DNA of 64,000 nucleotides from Rhizodiscina lignyota. Its lineage: Eukaryota. Below the pieces are notes generated by a model that saw only the letters and a program-made list of their open reading frames with translations, searched no databases and was not told the DNA's origin. Numbering within the stretch: position 1 is the stretch's first letter; each line of letters opens with the position of its first letter. This document shows positions 36,468 to 48,665 of the stretch, piece after piece. Where the stretch lies: assembly GCA_010015805.1 (NCBI GenBank), contig ML978124.1, positions 558,001 to 622,000 of the forward strand. The letters run 5' to 3'. A program made the position numbers and the translations under genes.

Positions 36468-37738
36468 GTTCTCTGCAATATTGAGCATAAGAGAAATCTG
36501 CAAAGAGGCTGGGTTTTAATAAGAGGTCTAGCCCTGCCTGTGAAGCACATGGAAGTGCATTCTATTTTTATTCTGTAGATGGTTCCCTGGCAAGAGGATG
36601 CCAGAAAGTTGTCGGCACCTCTCAATACTGAACAGCATCATTATATAGCCTCTGTACGTCTCGCAGTATGAGAATCGCTTGTTTTACGGCTCCGGATCAG
36701 ATGATGTTACGGCGCTCCTTCATCCTCCCCAGATACTCAGCAAATCGCGAATCTTCTCCAAGTCGACATAGCCAAGACGCCACAATTGCAGAGGAGTCGA
36801 GGATCAGTAAGTCTGAGTGCAGACATATATGCTAGCTACATCAAGAGCCAGAAATGGAATGAGTATGGTAAGTCTAGCTAAAGGAATTCTGGTTTCCTCA
36901 TCGCCGTCTGAAACGTAATCTCATCGATTTAAGGTATATTACGAGTTCTTTCGTGAGTAAAAAAGCTCGACCGCTAGCGACGAGTAGCAGTGAGACTGAT
37001 GTCCTTCGTTAAAATAAGGAGAAGGTCGGTTATTCTAGGGTCGTTAATTCGTGGTGAAAGTTTACGAGCGAGATATTAAGAGAGTGATCGCTAATAGCAA
37101 GAGTATGAATAATATCTTCGCCGACCATCAGCTGGCATACGGAAGGGCAAGAGCAGAATATCGTAAGGTGCAACGTAAGAAGCCTCATCACACTGAATCA
37201 AGGTATTGAATTTGAGGGTAAGAAAGCTCCAGATCCTCTCGTACATGGTACCATGCTGGTAGTGTGGTAGAGGAGCTCTCAGGGCCATCTATTGTAGGTC
37301 GAGGCGGCCTTGTTGCCGTGCCTACAACGAAGCACTTCGGTGAAGCTGCATGCTGCATGGCCCTATAGGTGTCGCCTAGTGAATCTCGCTCCATTGCCAT
37401 GGGAACGCCTACATGAAGTTTCGGAGGCATTTGAGTCATCGCCGCTGTAGTGTGTACTGGACTTCTCTGATTCTTGGCAGTGCTAGAAAATCAAGCGAGA
37501 GGCGGTCGGGAGCCGCTGATTGGCCATGCGTGTTTCAAGAGCGCCTTCCAGCCTAGCCTCTTCTTTCCGCGGCAGCGTCGCCTGAGCTTCACTTGTAAAG
37601 AACTGATCATCAGCCTTGCGCCGAACGCAGCAACAACTCTCCTCTCTTCCATTGTAGTTTATCGCGTCGCAACCTCTCCACTCCATCAACCATCTCCTCT
37701 CTTCTTTTTTCCTTCCCTCCACCTCTCCGACGCACAGA

Positions 37739-39535
37739 ATGGGACTACCGTATGCCTACCCTTTGTTGATTGGCGCGCGGAGAGACACGCCCGCCGTCGC
37801 AATCCTGAAAGAACGTCGCTAACAACACGTCGCGTACAGATACTGGACCGCGCCTACCCCTATTGAGGTCAAAGACGCGAATCAGAAGGACTTGACCGCA
37901 GCTCAACGCTCGCCCATCCGGCGCAGACCCTCTCCCCAGCAGGCCGCCCGTAGCAATGCTCGTCGCGCGATGCGAGGGGACGTAAACAGTCCTGCCTCAG
38001 GCACACATCCACGACAAGGAGCGGCGAGAATAATCGTTCCCCCAGGGTCTGAGGCTCGGGATCTCCTTGCGACAAGAACAGCACGGCGAAATGGCATATT
38101 GCACGAGGGAGCGGACGGATCGTGGCGCTTCGCGCAAAGTCCCTCAGCTGCTGATGACGACCTCCAGCGCCTTCCACCGCTACGTCGTATGAGCCGTCGC
38201 AACATTGCCGATGGCCCTCTGCCTTCCTCATCGCTCCGCGAGACCTGGAGTCCTGTCGATGCTTATTCCACGTCCGGCCTTGGCGACCGCGAGCGGAGCT
38301 TCACTCCTAACGGCGAGGATGCTGATGGCTGGGACACAATGCTCAGTACAATCGCTCCGGACACCCAACTACCTAGCTTCGACTCGTCTTTCACGTCTGC
38401 CGCCGCCTCCGCCTCTGCGTCCTTCTCTGCGAACCGCTCAAACCCGGCCTCCAACTCCGCGTCAAACTCGATCTCTGATGGCCACTCCACCTCAGTTTCT
38501 GCAAGCTCCTCGCGTACCCATCTTACTGTCCCGTCCCCGAGGATCATGGCTCAGAATTTGATCGCTGCTGCGTCGGCTTGCCCATCAGACTCGGATTCAG
38601 ATACCACAAACGATGACTCTGCCTCTGAGACCGAAGCCGACACAAACGAGGTGACGGTGCGCCTCTCGCGCACTCACCATCCTCACAGCCCACCACCGCG
38701 CAGAACATCCGGAATCCGCGAGACATTACGGAACAGGCCCTTCAGAGGTACAAATCGCAGGTCCCACGACACCACCTCCGCCGAGGAAAATCGGAACAAC
38801 GCGCGCGACCGTTTGTTGCTCGAATTGGATCTGCAGGAAGCTCGCCGTGAACTGCGAGGTTCTACTGATGAGGACCGACTATCATCGCCGCGGAGTCTGC
38901 GCGCCTACTTGGACTCGCAGGAACGCCAGCTACACGACCTCCGTGCGGAGAGGGACCGCTTGAACGCAGAGAGGAACCGACTTGAGTATGCAGACGTCCC
39001 GGAGCACCTGTCGGCCTCTTCCCTCACTGCGCTGGTAGCAGTGAGTGGAGACCGCGAGGAGCGCTCCCTTCATCTGGATGGCAGCCGTGAGGAGGATGTC
39101 GACATGTCCGGGGGGCATGACGAGGGCGATGCGTCGCGCTTCCTGCGCCACTACGAGACCTTTGCGGAAGCGAGGGACCGTCGTCACCGCGAGGTTGACG
39201 AGAGCGTGGGTCGGAGCCTCTCGGCGGAGGGTACGCTTGACTGGTGGACGAGCAGGGCGAGTGCGATGCACGGAGCAAGTCGCCCACCGCGCGGGTCTGG
39301 CTTGGCCAGGAGAGATCCGATGAGCGAGGTGCTAGACGCGGGAAACCGAGAAAGCGAAGAGAGGGAGCGCGACAGGCATGATCCGACGCTCGCGCAAGGC
39401 AGCATGCTGGGCAATGACCCGGAGCTGGAGACGATGCGCGCGATCCTGGAGAGGATGAGCAGGAGGGACGACATCCCTGCGGAGTGGTGGCTGAGTGCAG
39501 GCCTTTCGCCTGCTATTGCTCGTGGAAGGCTCTGA
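37739..39535 (+). CDS. Hypothetical fungal protein, Arg/Ser-rich and largely disordered; exons 37739-37749, 37840-39535
   Basis: Long ORF; intron 37750-37839 GTATGC...GCTAAC...ACAG supplies MGLPYWTAP. Motif-like islands GLGDRERS, WDTMLSTIAPD and RRDDIPAEWWLSAGL. Confidence 0.8.
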
Positions 39536-40307
39536 ATCCCTCGCCTTTCTGGGACTGATTATTTACGGTAATGGAGAATACATTGGTTGTATGGGCTTTC
39601 TGCGCAGAGGGAAAAAGGCTTGTCATGTTTTTGGTTGGAATCTTTTTCTTTTCCTTGCTAGACGACGGCTCAACGAACTGCCGCCTTTGTTTCTGCTTTG
39701 GGGACTGGAACTCGAGGACATGTTGCTTTCAGGTGCGGGTTTGTTTCTTCGGTTGATTCGATAAAATGTACTTTATAGTTTTGCTATCGTGCCGAATTGG
39801 GAATGGCAGCATGGATAGCTACGAATGGAAGTGGCTTAAAAGTTTCGCAAAATGAGAGTCCCTTTAACTTGAGCACTGAACACGTCCATCGAGGCGTGGC
39901 AACATTAGAAGTCTTGAGTACGAGTGCAAAATCATTGATTTGCTATCTATCAAGGCGGTTGATGAAACCTTTCAAGGTCTACGAAGCCTTTTGTTGATCG
40001 CTTTCGTCCGACCCTGTGTCTAAAAGCCCAGTTGAGTGAGGCTCGTTTAGTATAAACTCCGTAGACCGTTATCGTGCAATATCCATTTCGTTCCTTTTCA
40101 TGCATTTGATATATACCGTGCCTGGTGCCAAGACGCCAAGACAAGGTATCAGAATCGATTAACAGACCCACCAGTTGGAAAGTATAGAACGCCGATGTTG
40201 AGATCGCCCATGCCCATTGAGCGTTGAGATCATGCCTGCGTGTTGAAAATCACTTTTCCGTTCCTCATTGCGTTAACGCATTATTGTTGAAAGGGGTTTG
40301 CCGACGT

Positions 40308-42830
40308 CTAAGTAGACTTGGCGTATTTCTCGCGGTAGAACTTTGCGGCGTTGACCATGTTGGTCAGAGCAGCCTTGGTCTCCTTCCACTGGCGTGTCTT
40401 GAGACCGCAGTCAGGGTTGATCCAGAGTTGATCTGGCTTGAGATACCTGTAATGATGTTAGTACATGTGACTCTTCATGCCATGGCACAAGACATACTGA
40501 AGCATCTCCTCAATCCTATCCTTGATTTCCTGCTCGCTCGGCACGCGTGGGCTGTGAATGTCATACACACCCGGTCCAATGTGCCTGGGGTAAGCCTGAT
40601 CCACAAAGACCTTCAACAGCTTGGCATCGCTCTTGCTGTTCTCGATGCTAAGGACATCGGCATCGAGTGCCGCAATGGCATGGAAGAAGTCCTGGAACTC
40701 GCTGTAGCAGAAATGGCTGTGAATCTGGGTGCTATTCTTGACACCTGCTGTGGAGAGCTTGAACGAGTCCACTGCCCAGGAGAGGTACTTCTCACGCTCT
40801 GTACCTGCACGCAGAGGAAGACCTTCACGGAGTGCGGGCTCGTCGACCTGGATGACATAGATGCCAGCGGCCTCGAGATCGACGACCTCATCGCGAAGAG
40901 CAAGCGCAAGTTGTTGAGCTTGCACGGACTGGTGGACGTCATCACGAGGGAAAGACCAGCGCAAGCACGTGATTGGTCCAGTAAGCATGCCCTTCATCGG
41001 CTTCTTGGAGATGGAAGCAGCATACTTGGACTCCTTGACCGTCATCGCTTTTGGACGAGAGATGTCGCCGACAATGATTGGCGGGCGCACACAACGGCTT
41101 CCGTAGCTCTGGACCCAGGCATGGGTGGTGAAGACGTAGCCTTCAAGCCTCTCACCGAAGTATTGCACCATGTCGTTGCGCTCCGGCTCGCCGTGGACAA
41201 AGACGTCAAGGTCAAGCTCCTCTTGAATCTTGATGACGTCTTGTATCTCCTTCTCGATGAACTTCTCATACTCTTCAGCCGTGATATCGCCCTTTGTGAA
41301 CTTGTTGCGCTGAATACGGATCTCCTTCGTCTGAGGGAAGGAGCCAATGGTGGTGGTAGGGAAAATTGGAAGAGAGAGGTGTTGCTTCTGCGCAGCGAGG
41401 CGTTCTGGGAAGGGAGACTGGCGGTTGTGCATCTCATCCGTGACTTTAGATTGGCGGTCCTTGACCTGAGGATTGTTGGTGCGCTTCGACGACGCACGGG
41501 CTTGCATAGACTTTGCGTTGGCCTCAATCTGATCTCTGACAGTTGCAGGGCCATCCGTGACAGCCTTGGCAATGATAGCAATCTCCTTGCACTTTTCCGC
41601 AGCAAAGGAGAACCAGTCGGCAACTTCTGGGTCAAGCTTCTTCTCACTCTCCAAAGTGTGAGGTGTGTGGAGGAGGGAGCTTGAAGTGGCAACGATCACT
41701 CGCTCCTTGCCGAGCTGCTGAATAGCCGTCTCAGCGAGTTCAATTGCCTTCTTGAAATTGGTCTTCCAGATGTTGCGGCCATCGACGACACCGCAAGACA
41801 GAATCTGTTGGGAACCAATCTGTCCCATGACGCTTGAAAGCTGCTCGGGATTGCGGACAAGGTCGATGTGGATGCCATAGAGGCTCTGGAGGTTTGGTAG
41901 AACGTCAAAGTTGTGGACAATGTCGCCAAAGTAGGTAGCGAGGATGACTTTCGGAATGCTAGTATTGGAGCCGGACAGCTTCTCATATGCAGGCTTGAAT
42001 GCATTCTTGACCTTCAGTGGCAGATCAAAAACGAGAACTGGCTCGTCGATTTGCACTGTCTCGGCACCGGCATTCTTGAGCTGCTCCAACAACTCAACAT
42101 AGACGGGCAGGAGCTTGTCCAGCAGAGAAATGGGGTTTACAGACTGATCGCGATCTGCTTTGCCGAGGGCCAAGAAGGACACAGGCCCCAAGATAACTGG
42201 GCGAGTGGTGATTCCAGCATCCTTTGCCTCTTTGAACTCGACTACAGGTTTGGGATTCGAAGCGAGCTTGAAGGTCTGGCCGTCCTGGAAGGTAGGCTTA
42301 ACGTAGTGATAGTTCGAATCGAACCACTTGACCATTTCCTGCCACATTGTAAGCTTCCACCAAGCCGAGAATTCTCATTATTATTCGGTGCATACCAGAC
42401 TTGGGACGTCAACACCATCCTTCTGATGGCCGCGGCCCATGGCAAAGTATTCGTCGATTGGCTCGAGCTTGGTCTCGGAGTACTTCGCAGGAATAGCCTA
42501 TTGCAGTTAACATTAGCAGCTGCTCAAAAACGCTAAAGGCCACACTTACGTTGAACATCTGGATGTGGTCGAGAACATGATCGTAGTAGGCGAAGTCATT
42601 GCTGGGAATGATGTCGACACCAGCATCCTTCTGGAGCTTCCAGTGCTCCAGACGGAGCCTCTTGCCCTCAGCGAGGAGATTATCCCTAGAGATTTTGCCA
42701 GCCCAGTACGCCTCGTTTGCCTTCTTCAAGTCTCTATCCCTCCCCATGCGGGGGAACCTAATCCAAGTCAGCTTCTCGCTCGTCACGTTATGTGGAGCGA
42801 AGCATACCCAAGAACAGCGGATTGCACCAT
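40308..42830 (-). CDS. MET6: Cobalamin-independent methionine synthase; exons 42830-42808, 42757-42550, 42497-42396, 42338-40498, 40446-40308
   Basis: [58 protein letters not shown] and [11 protein letters not shown]; four canonical introns. Confidence 0.98.
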
Positions 42831-43299
42831 TTTGCGCGGTGAAAACCAATTCAACGCTCGAGTGAGGACCCAATGTATGATGAGAGCAATGAAGAGGTAT
42901 CTGGAGTAGCGAAGAAGAGTGTTTGAGGAGAGTGCGAGTCTGAAAGAAGAGATGTTAGAGAGGCGGTATGGCGGGGACTCTGAATCAAAATTTCAGTCTG
43001 CCCGCGGAAGCAAAGCAGCTGCCAAGCATTTCAACAAGGCCTTGCGTAATCGGAGTTGGGCTCCTCACCTAGCCATTTTCCAGGCGCAGCCAGAGGCAAT
43101 CACTCACTGACAACGGCCAGAACGAAGAAAACATCATGCTGACGAGGTGGATCTGTCCCGACGACGAGAAGGAAGTGCGAGATGAGCATTAGCAGCGGAG
43201 CCGCAAAGCAGCAGCCTTAATGGTTTAATAGTTGCCCAGTCTGTGAGCAGACCCCTGGCGGGCGTGCCTGGCTTGGTCGGCAATTGAAGCTCGCCTCTG

Positions 43300-43543
43300 C
43301 CTGGCAAGTGCGTGACAAAATAGTCGAGCCGACGCTGTAATATGTCGAGCCGCGAGGATGTATATCCTCGTTAGTTAATATAGGTCATATATATTAAAGC
43401 TACACGATTTTTATAAATATACTCCAGTATTTATATATTCGAGGTTTCAGAGATGCTCTCGCATGTGCTGAAGAACCATACTTGTTATTACTACAGCCGT
43501 TCAGGTCAGTCGGGCTCAACTATTTTGTCACCCGCGTGCCTGG
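43300..43543 (+). mobile_element. MITE-like non-autonomous element (~244 bp) with ~34-bp imperfect terminal inverted repeats
   Basis: Left end CCTGGCAAGTGCGTGACAAAATAGTCGAGCCGAC versus reverse complement of the right end CCAGGCACGCGGGTGACAAAATAGTTGAGCCCGAC; AT-rich non-coding interior; second copy at 36268. No clear target-site duplication seen. Confidence 0.8.
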
Positions 43544-43874
43544 TTACATAGCTGAGACTGTCCCACTGCATCCTCATCACCAGCGTTGGGCATCGACCAT
43601 CGACGACACCTTCCTCATATACAGGATATTTCGATCCAGATAGATCTGACTCTCATTCACGGCAACAACTACAGGTAGGCCACTTTAGCTTTCCCTTTGG
43701 ATAGTCGCAGTTTCCTCTCATCTTGATCATACTATTTACTGTGCCATTCTTGTACTCCTCTCATGATGCCTTTCTCAAACAATTTTGTGCTATCTGAAGG
43801 CGTTTGCCTTCAAATAATCTCTTTTCCGAAGCCTCCTGTTCGCCGCTTAACAAACTTTTCGCATCTGGCGGACG

Positions 43875-46800
43875 ATGGCCTCAAAAGTCTGCTGTACCGC
43901 TCCTCAGCGCTCTGGATCACCAGATCTTCCAAACGCTCGCACTTCAGCAGCGGTGGGCACAGCGGGGAGTGAAGCTGATGGGCCCATCGGTTCCACGGCA
44001 ACTAGCACGCGTACGGAAGACCGTGAAGACATCCGGAGAATATTCAACGGTGCCGACGAGGCCGTGGACAATCTTGCGGAACTGGGAGACATTGCTAAGG
44101 GGAATGAGTCTCTAGAGCTTCCTCGTGGAGACAGCCCGAAACCTCCCAGTATCGTGGGCAAATTGCGCAAGCGCCTATTAAAAGGTGGGAATAGATCGCA
44201 ATCGCTCTTGAAAGATGATGCGAAGCCTCGCAGAGTACCCAAACCCAGGTTCCTAAGGGAGAGAGACTCTCCTGAGGTGAAGAACGACCTCCGAGAGAAT
44301 CTTTTGAACGAGGGCAGTCCTGGTCAAGGTGGATATGACCCAGATGCAGAAAGTGTTGCCATTCGCGAGAGTCTTATTTCAGCACCACAAAACGACCTTG
44401 CTGTCTCCCCAGTGCGCGAAAAGAAGATCCCGCGCCGATCTCCGTTGCAGGACATTGAATGGCGGACTCGATCCGCGACATCGTAAGTCATTCCCTGGAG
44501 TCCGCGGCCTTTTCAGTGCTGGCTAACCGCGGCTATCTACTGCACAGTATGTTCTGTCACACCCCAGATGGTGACGTAAGAGTCAGAAACGCTTCTCGCG
44601 TCACTGTGCTTCCTTACTCTCAATCGCGGCCCAGCAGCCGACGACAGTCATATGACGACAGGAAAAATATTCGACGTTCTCGGTCGGAGTCATCGTTGGC
44701 ACACGCTGTCCCCGTGCCATTGAATGAAGGACAGCGCATAAATGCCGCATCCATGTCTGAACCATATCGAGAATTGCTACTAGCAATGCCACCGTCAAAT
44801 AGCGAGGGCTCCAATCGCGTTCCTGATTCTTCGGCCTCTGAGTATGCAACAGCTCGTGCGAGCCAATCCTCACACAGTGATCTCAAGCCGAATGAAACCG
44901 TGTCTACAGAGAAGTCATTTGATATACCAAGGACAGTGGATCAAAGCAGAGCCGATTGTTCTGAGACCCAAATTATAGACGTGGCGGACGATGAAGCTGG
45001 CACAGAAAGCGATCCTCTCAGAGACTCGGAAGCATCCAAAGCGGTTTCCAGGACTAATTCAGTTCATTTATATTCGATGCGTATTTCACAACATTTACGC
45101 TCAACATCGATGTTTTCAGACCACTCCGAAAGGCAAATTCAAAGTCCAACAGCAGAACCTCTCCAAAGGACCCAGTCTGTTCACAGTGTTCGACCTTCTG
45201 GAGAGCATCCCGTGACTCAGCATCACCGCCAACAGTCCAGCTCAGGCTTCACAAGCACCAAGGTTCCCAGTGCCTGGGGTAATGTCGTGCAAGACCAAGA
45301 TCAAGGATCTTCGGTCTATTCTTCGAGAGTGCATACTCCTGCAGATTCACCGTTTCGGCCATACTGTTCAAGCCCCGATCTTACTGGAACCTACGAGATA
45401 TCATCGGCCCTTCTGCCTCGGTCAGATTTCCCCAGAATTCGTTTAGAGACGTCTACTGGTGCTCAGACAATCCGGCAACGTAGGCCGGCTTCAAAGCTTG
45501 CTACTGCGCAAAACGTCGAAAGCGTAAACTCGTCCCCAAGCAAGGAAGCCCCAGGAATTGCCAAAGAGCTCCAATCAAATCACCTCGATTCCAATAGTAA
45601 CTCAGCAGAGCCCTCGGATAACTACGACGCAGATGAGTCCTCACGAAGCAGTCGTTTCGTCGAAGAATTACATTCGACACCGCCCAAGTCCCTTGTGAGG
45701 AACAAGAAGCCTTCAATATTCAGCTTGTTCAGTCGCAAGTCAAAGGCAGTGGTGATCGCGGAAAGCACCACTGTCAATGCAATTTTCGACGGACCAGCAG
45801 ATGATCTACAAGTACCTCGACTGACACGTTCAAGTTTGTCTCTCCGTGGAAATGACGAAGCGTCCAACCTCTTTGCCAAAGCCTTGGTTGCGAATCAGGA
45901 AGAGAAAAATGCACTGCTTCTTCCATGCAATCGAGAACGAGGAAACTCGATGTCGTCGTTGCATGCACCACGTGGGCGTAGCGCTTCTGTGAGCACCAAA
46001 GACACCTCGAGAGCTCCGTCGGCGGCGGGCTCGCTGCACTATTCTCCAAGCAAATCCTCTGTAGCTCCTTCTCGGGCATCACCGTACGCAAAACCGGTAT
46101 TCAGTACGCCTCAGTTTCTCTCTCCTTCGTATGAGGAAGGTTACTTCGATCGGCCGAGGCTACAGAGCGGCTCTACATTCCTTGACCCTCTTGATACAAC
46201 CTCTGTCAAATACAGCCCCAAGGCTCCATCCATTTCCGTCTCCGAACGGAGAGTATCTACTACTGGTGATGAATACCATTGTCTTACACCGCAAAGCGAT
46301 CTTATCCTACCAGAGTTAGTCATCGCTCCGCCTCAGCAAGGCTCATCTGAGGACTCGCTCTCGAAAGCCGATTTAGGCTCCTGGGGTCGCTATCCCTCTC
46401 ACACGCGTGACAGCCGCATTGGTCCTGCTGGGCAAAGAGACAGAGTCACTACTCGAGATTTTGCTTATGAGTTACATGTGCAAGAACCTGAGCCAATTGA
46501 CGAAGATGTCATTGAATCAGATCCGCAAGGGAGGAAGTTGAAGAACAAACAGAAGTCAGATCGAGTCTCGTCAAACATGTCTAAAACGAGGAGTACTTCA
46601 TTCGGACGACGTTTAATTCGCGGTTACTCTGCGATGTTCAAATCCCAAAGCCTCGAATTCTTGCGGCATGGCCATGGACATCGCAGCAGCATCTCCGCTG
46701 GAGGCGTACTGGAGCACCCGGAGCTCGAGATGCTCCCACCTATCTTTCCCGCCTACCACGCCGATCATTATAACAGCATCAACAGTAATAACCCGGCGAT

Positions 46801-47338
46801 CGAAATGCGAGACATGAATCCGCGGAGCGCGAGTGTAACCAGCACCGGCCACGATGGGTCTAACGACTCTACGAAACCGATGACGCAGCTGGACGGCCAG
46901 TTCGACGAGATGATCTTCCCAACCTCGTTCCACACTCCCACACATACGCCTGCCCCGAATGCAGCTCGTATTTGGTCGCAGCTCTACGCCTCCTGCGTCG
47001 AACTGCCCTCTTCTCGGTGTGACAGTCCCGTGGATCTAGATGCCACACTGCGTCCCCAATCCTCTGTCCCTACTTCGTGCACAGTTTCTCGACAAGTCTC
47101 GCCGTGCCTCAACATCAATTTCTCGCGGCCGATCTCGAGGACGTTGCCCAGAGTCAAGTCGCCCTCACTGGACAACATGAAGCCAGACGCCCATCGGCGC
47201 AACGCGAGCGTCGTGAGCGCGATGAGCCTGCGTGCGAGTACGAATGATCTCTGCAGGTTGCTGGTGGAAGCAGAGGAGAGTGAGAGGGCACGGGTGCTCA
47301 AGGTTGCGGCTGGTCTTGTCAGTGGTTCAACTGCTTAG
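43875..47338 (+). CDS. Large Ser/Pro/Arg-rich hypothetical protein; exons 43875-44482, 44548-47338 (start uncertain)
   Basis: The 203-aa and 959-aa ORFs join in frame across intron 44483-44547 (GTAAGT...GCTAAC...ACAG). No family recognised. Confidence 0.78.
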
Positions 47339-47908
47339 TATAAGCATTCGAACAAGCGCAACGGCGTTGTCTAGCCGGTAATTGGTATTATTCACTTTTT
47401 GAGGACGACATTGGAGGATATGGAAGTTAGAAACTTAGATACAGACTTGTAATTCATTTGAGGCATTAATAACACTCAAATACTGCCTTACCCTTGGGAT
47501 AACCAGTAATACAATCGCCGCCGAGCATGGTGTAATGTCGAAGGGCGGGCAGCTGTTGTCATAGAAGCTGTTGGCAATCTTTTGTCGGTCCCCAGCTTGC
47601 CTCTTGCCACGGCTGCAAACTTCTCGGTACAGATATAACTATCCACTTTCACAACGCTTTGTACACGCCTGAAAAGCGGCCATAGGCGATAAAATGGCCG
47701 GGCTTAAGAGATATTCAAAAACAATCATCGGGATTAAGGTGTGACAGTTCAGTCATAGTTACTTCCTAATTAGGATTAGCGTGTTCGAGAGTAGTTAGAG
47801 CTTTGTCAGCATATGTACAAACCTTTGAATCGTCACCAGCCTGTTGTACCCAGAACCTCGCAGCAGATTGAGTCAATTCAACACCATACTGTCGTGGTAT
47901 CTCTCTCC

Positions 47909-48454
47909 CTATTGATTGCCTATTAAGGTTTGCTCCCCTCCTACTAGTTTGTGGCATAAGGTGTGGATTAGAAAGAAAGTCGTCGTCTCGGCTATAGGGT
48001 TAGGGTCGCTCATGAATCCGAATCTTGCACGTGAGACTTCGGCCAATCCGAAGTTCATCGGAGCCAAAAGACCTCCTTCCGGTCCTTGTCTCGCTTGTAT
48101 ATCTGTATATCGATCCTTCAAAATCTCCGTATGAGGATCAGAGAGCCTGAAACCTCTCAGGCCACTAGAGATTGCATTATCCGTATCTTCATAAGAGAAA
48201 GACTCCGTTTCCAATGCAGAAGAACGGACCAATGGAATGTCATTCTCAACGGGTGCTCGCAAGACTTCCGAGAAATCGGGGTGTGGGTGTTGGAATTGTC
48301 TATGAACGGTTAAAGCTAACCACAGTCTCTTGCACCGTTCTTCGCCGTTCGTCACCGTTCCACGGCCGCATACCATCCATAGGCGGATTAATTTATCTAT
48401 GTCCGCAAACGCCGTTCTTACAAAGGTGCCCGCAGCTTCGACGTCACGAATCAA
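47909..48454 (-). CDS. Possible hypothetical protein (~181 aa; start undefined)
   Basis: Open frame with protein-like composition, divergent from the AKR gene. The ORF track start is non-ATG and no family was recognised. Confidence 0.3.
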   Translation of the reverse strand: MIRDVEAAGTFVRTAFADIDKLIRLWMVCGRGTVTNGEERCKRLWLALTVHRQFQHPHPDFSEVLRAPVENDIPLVRSSALETESFSYEDTDNAISSGLRGFRLSDPHTEILKDRYTDIQARQGPEGGLLAPMNFGLAEVSRARFGFMSDPNPIAETTTFFLIHTLCHKLVGGEQTLIGNQ

Positions 48455-48665
48455 TTGAAGTCACCACTGCGATCCTGGGAATAGACCCTGGCATGGAGTT
48501 AGTGCTGGATGCTTAAGTAGACGACGAAGAGTGGTTGCAAGTATATATCACGCTTCTTTCATTGATCGCTGGCTTCTAATACCCCTAAGACTCTCACCTC
48601 ATCTCTTAATCAGCTTTCGCAAAACGAGACCAAACCTTCGTCCACTGATCAAGACACTATCAATT

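Noticed and set aside
36930..37290. Possible decayed minus-strand gene (MALRAPLPHYQHGTMYERIWSFL...) followed by TAG/TAA stops
   Set aside because: No recognisable homology, so a pseudogene call cannot be supported without tBLASTn.
40224..41684. 486-aa ORF antisense to MET6
   Set aside because: Mirror frame of a highly codon-biased gene; non-ATG start and no recognisable motifs.
47995..48006. TAGGGTTAGGGT telomere-like 12-mer
   Set aside because: Only two units and inside a possible ORF; chance level.
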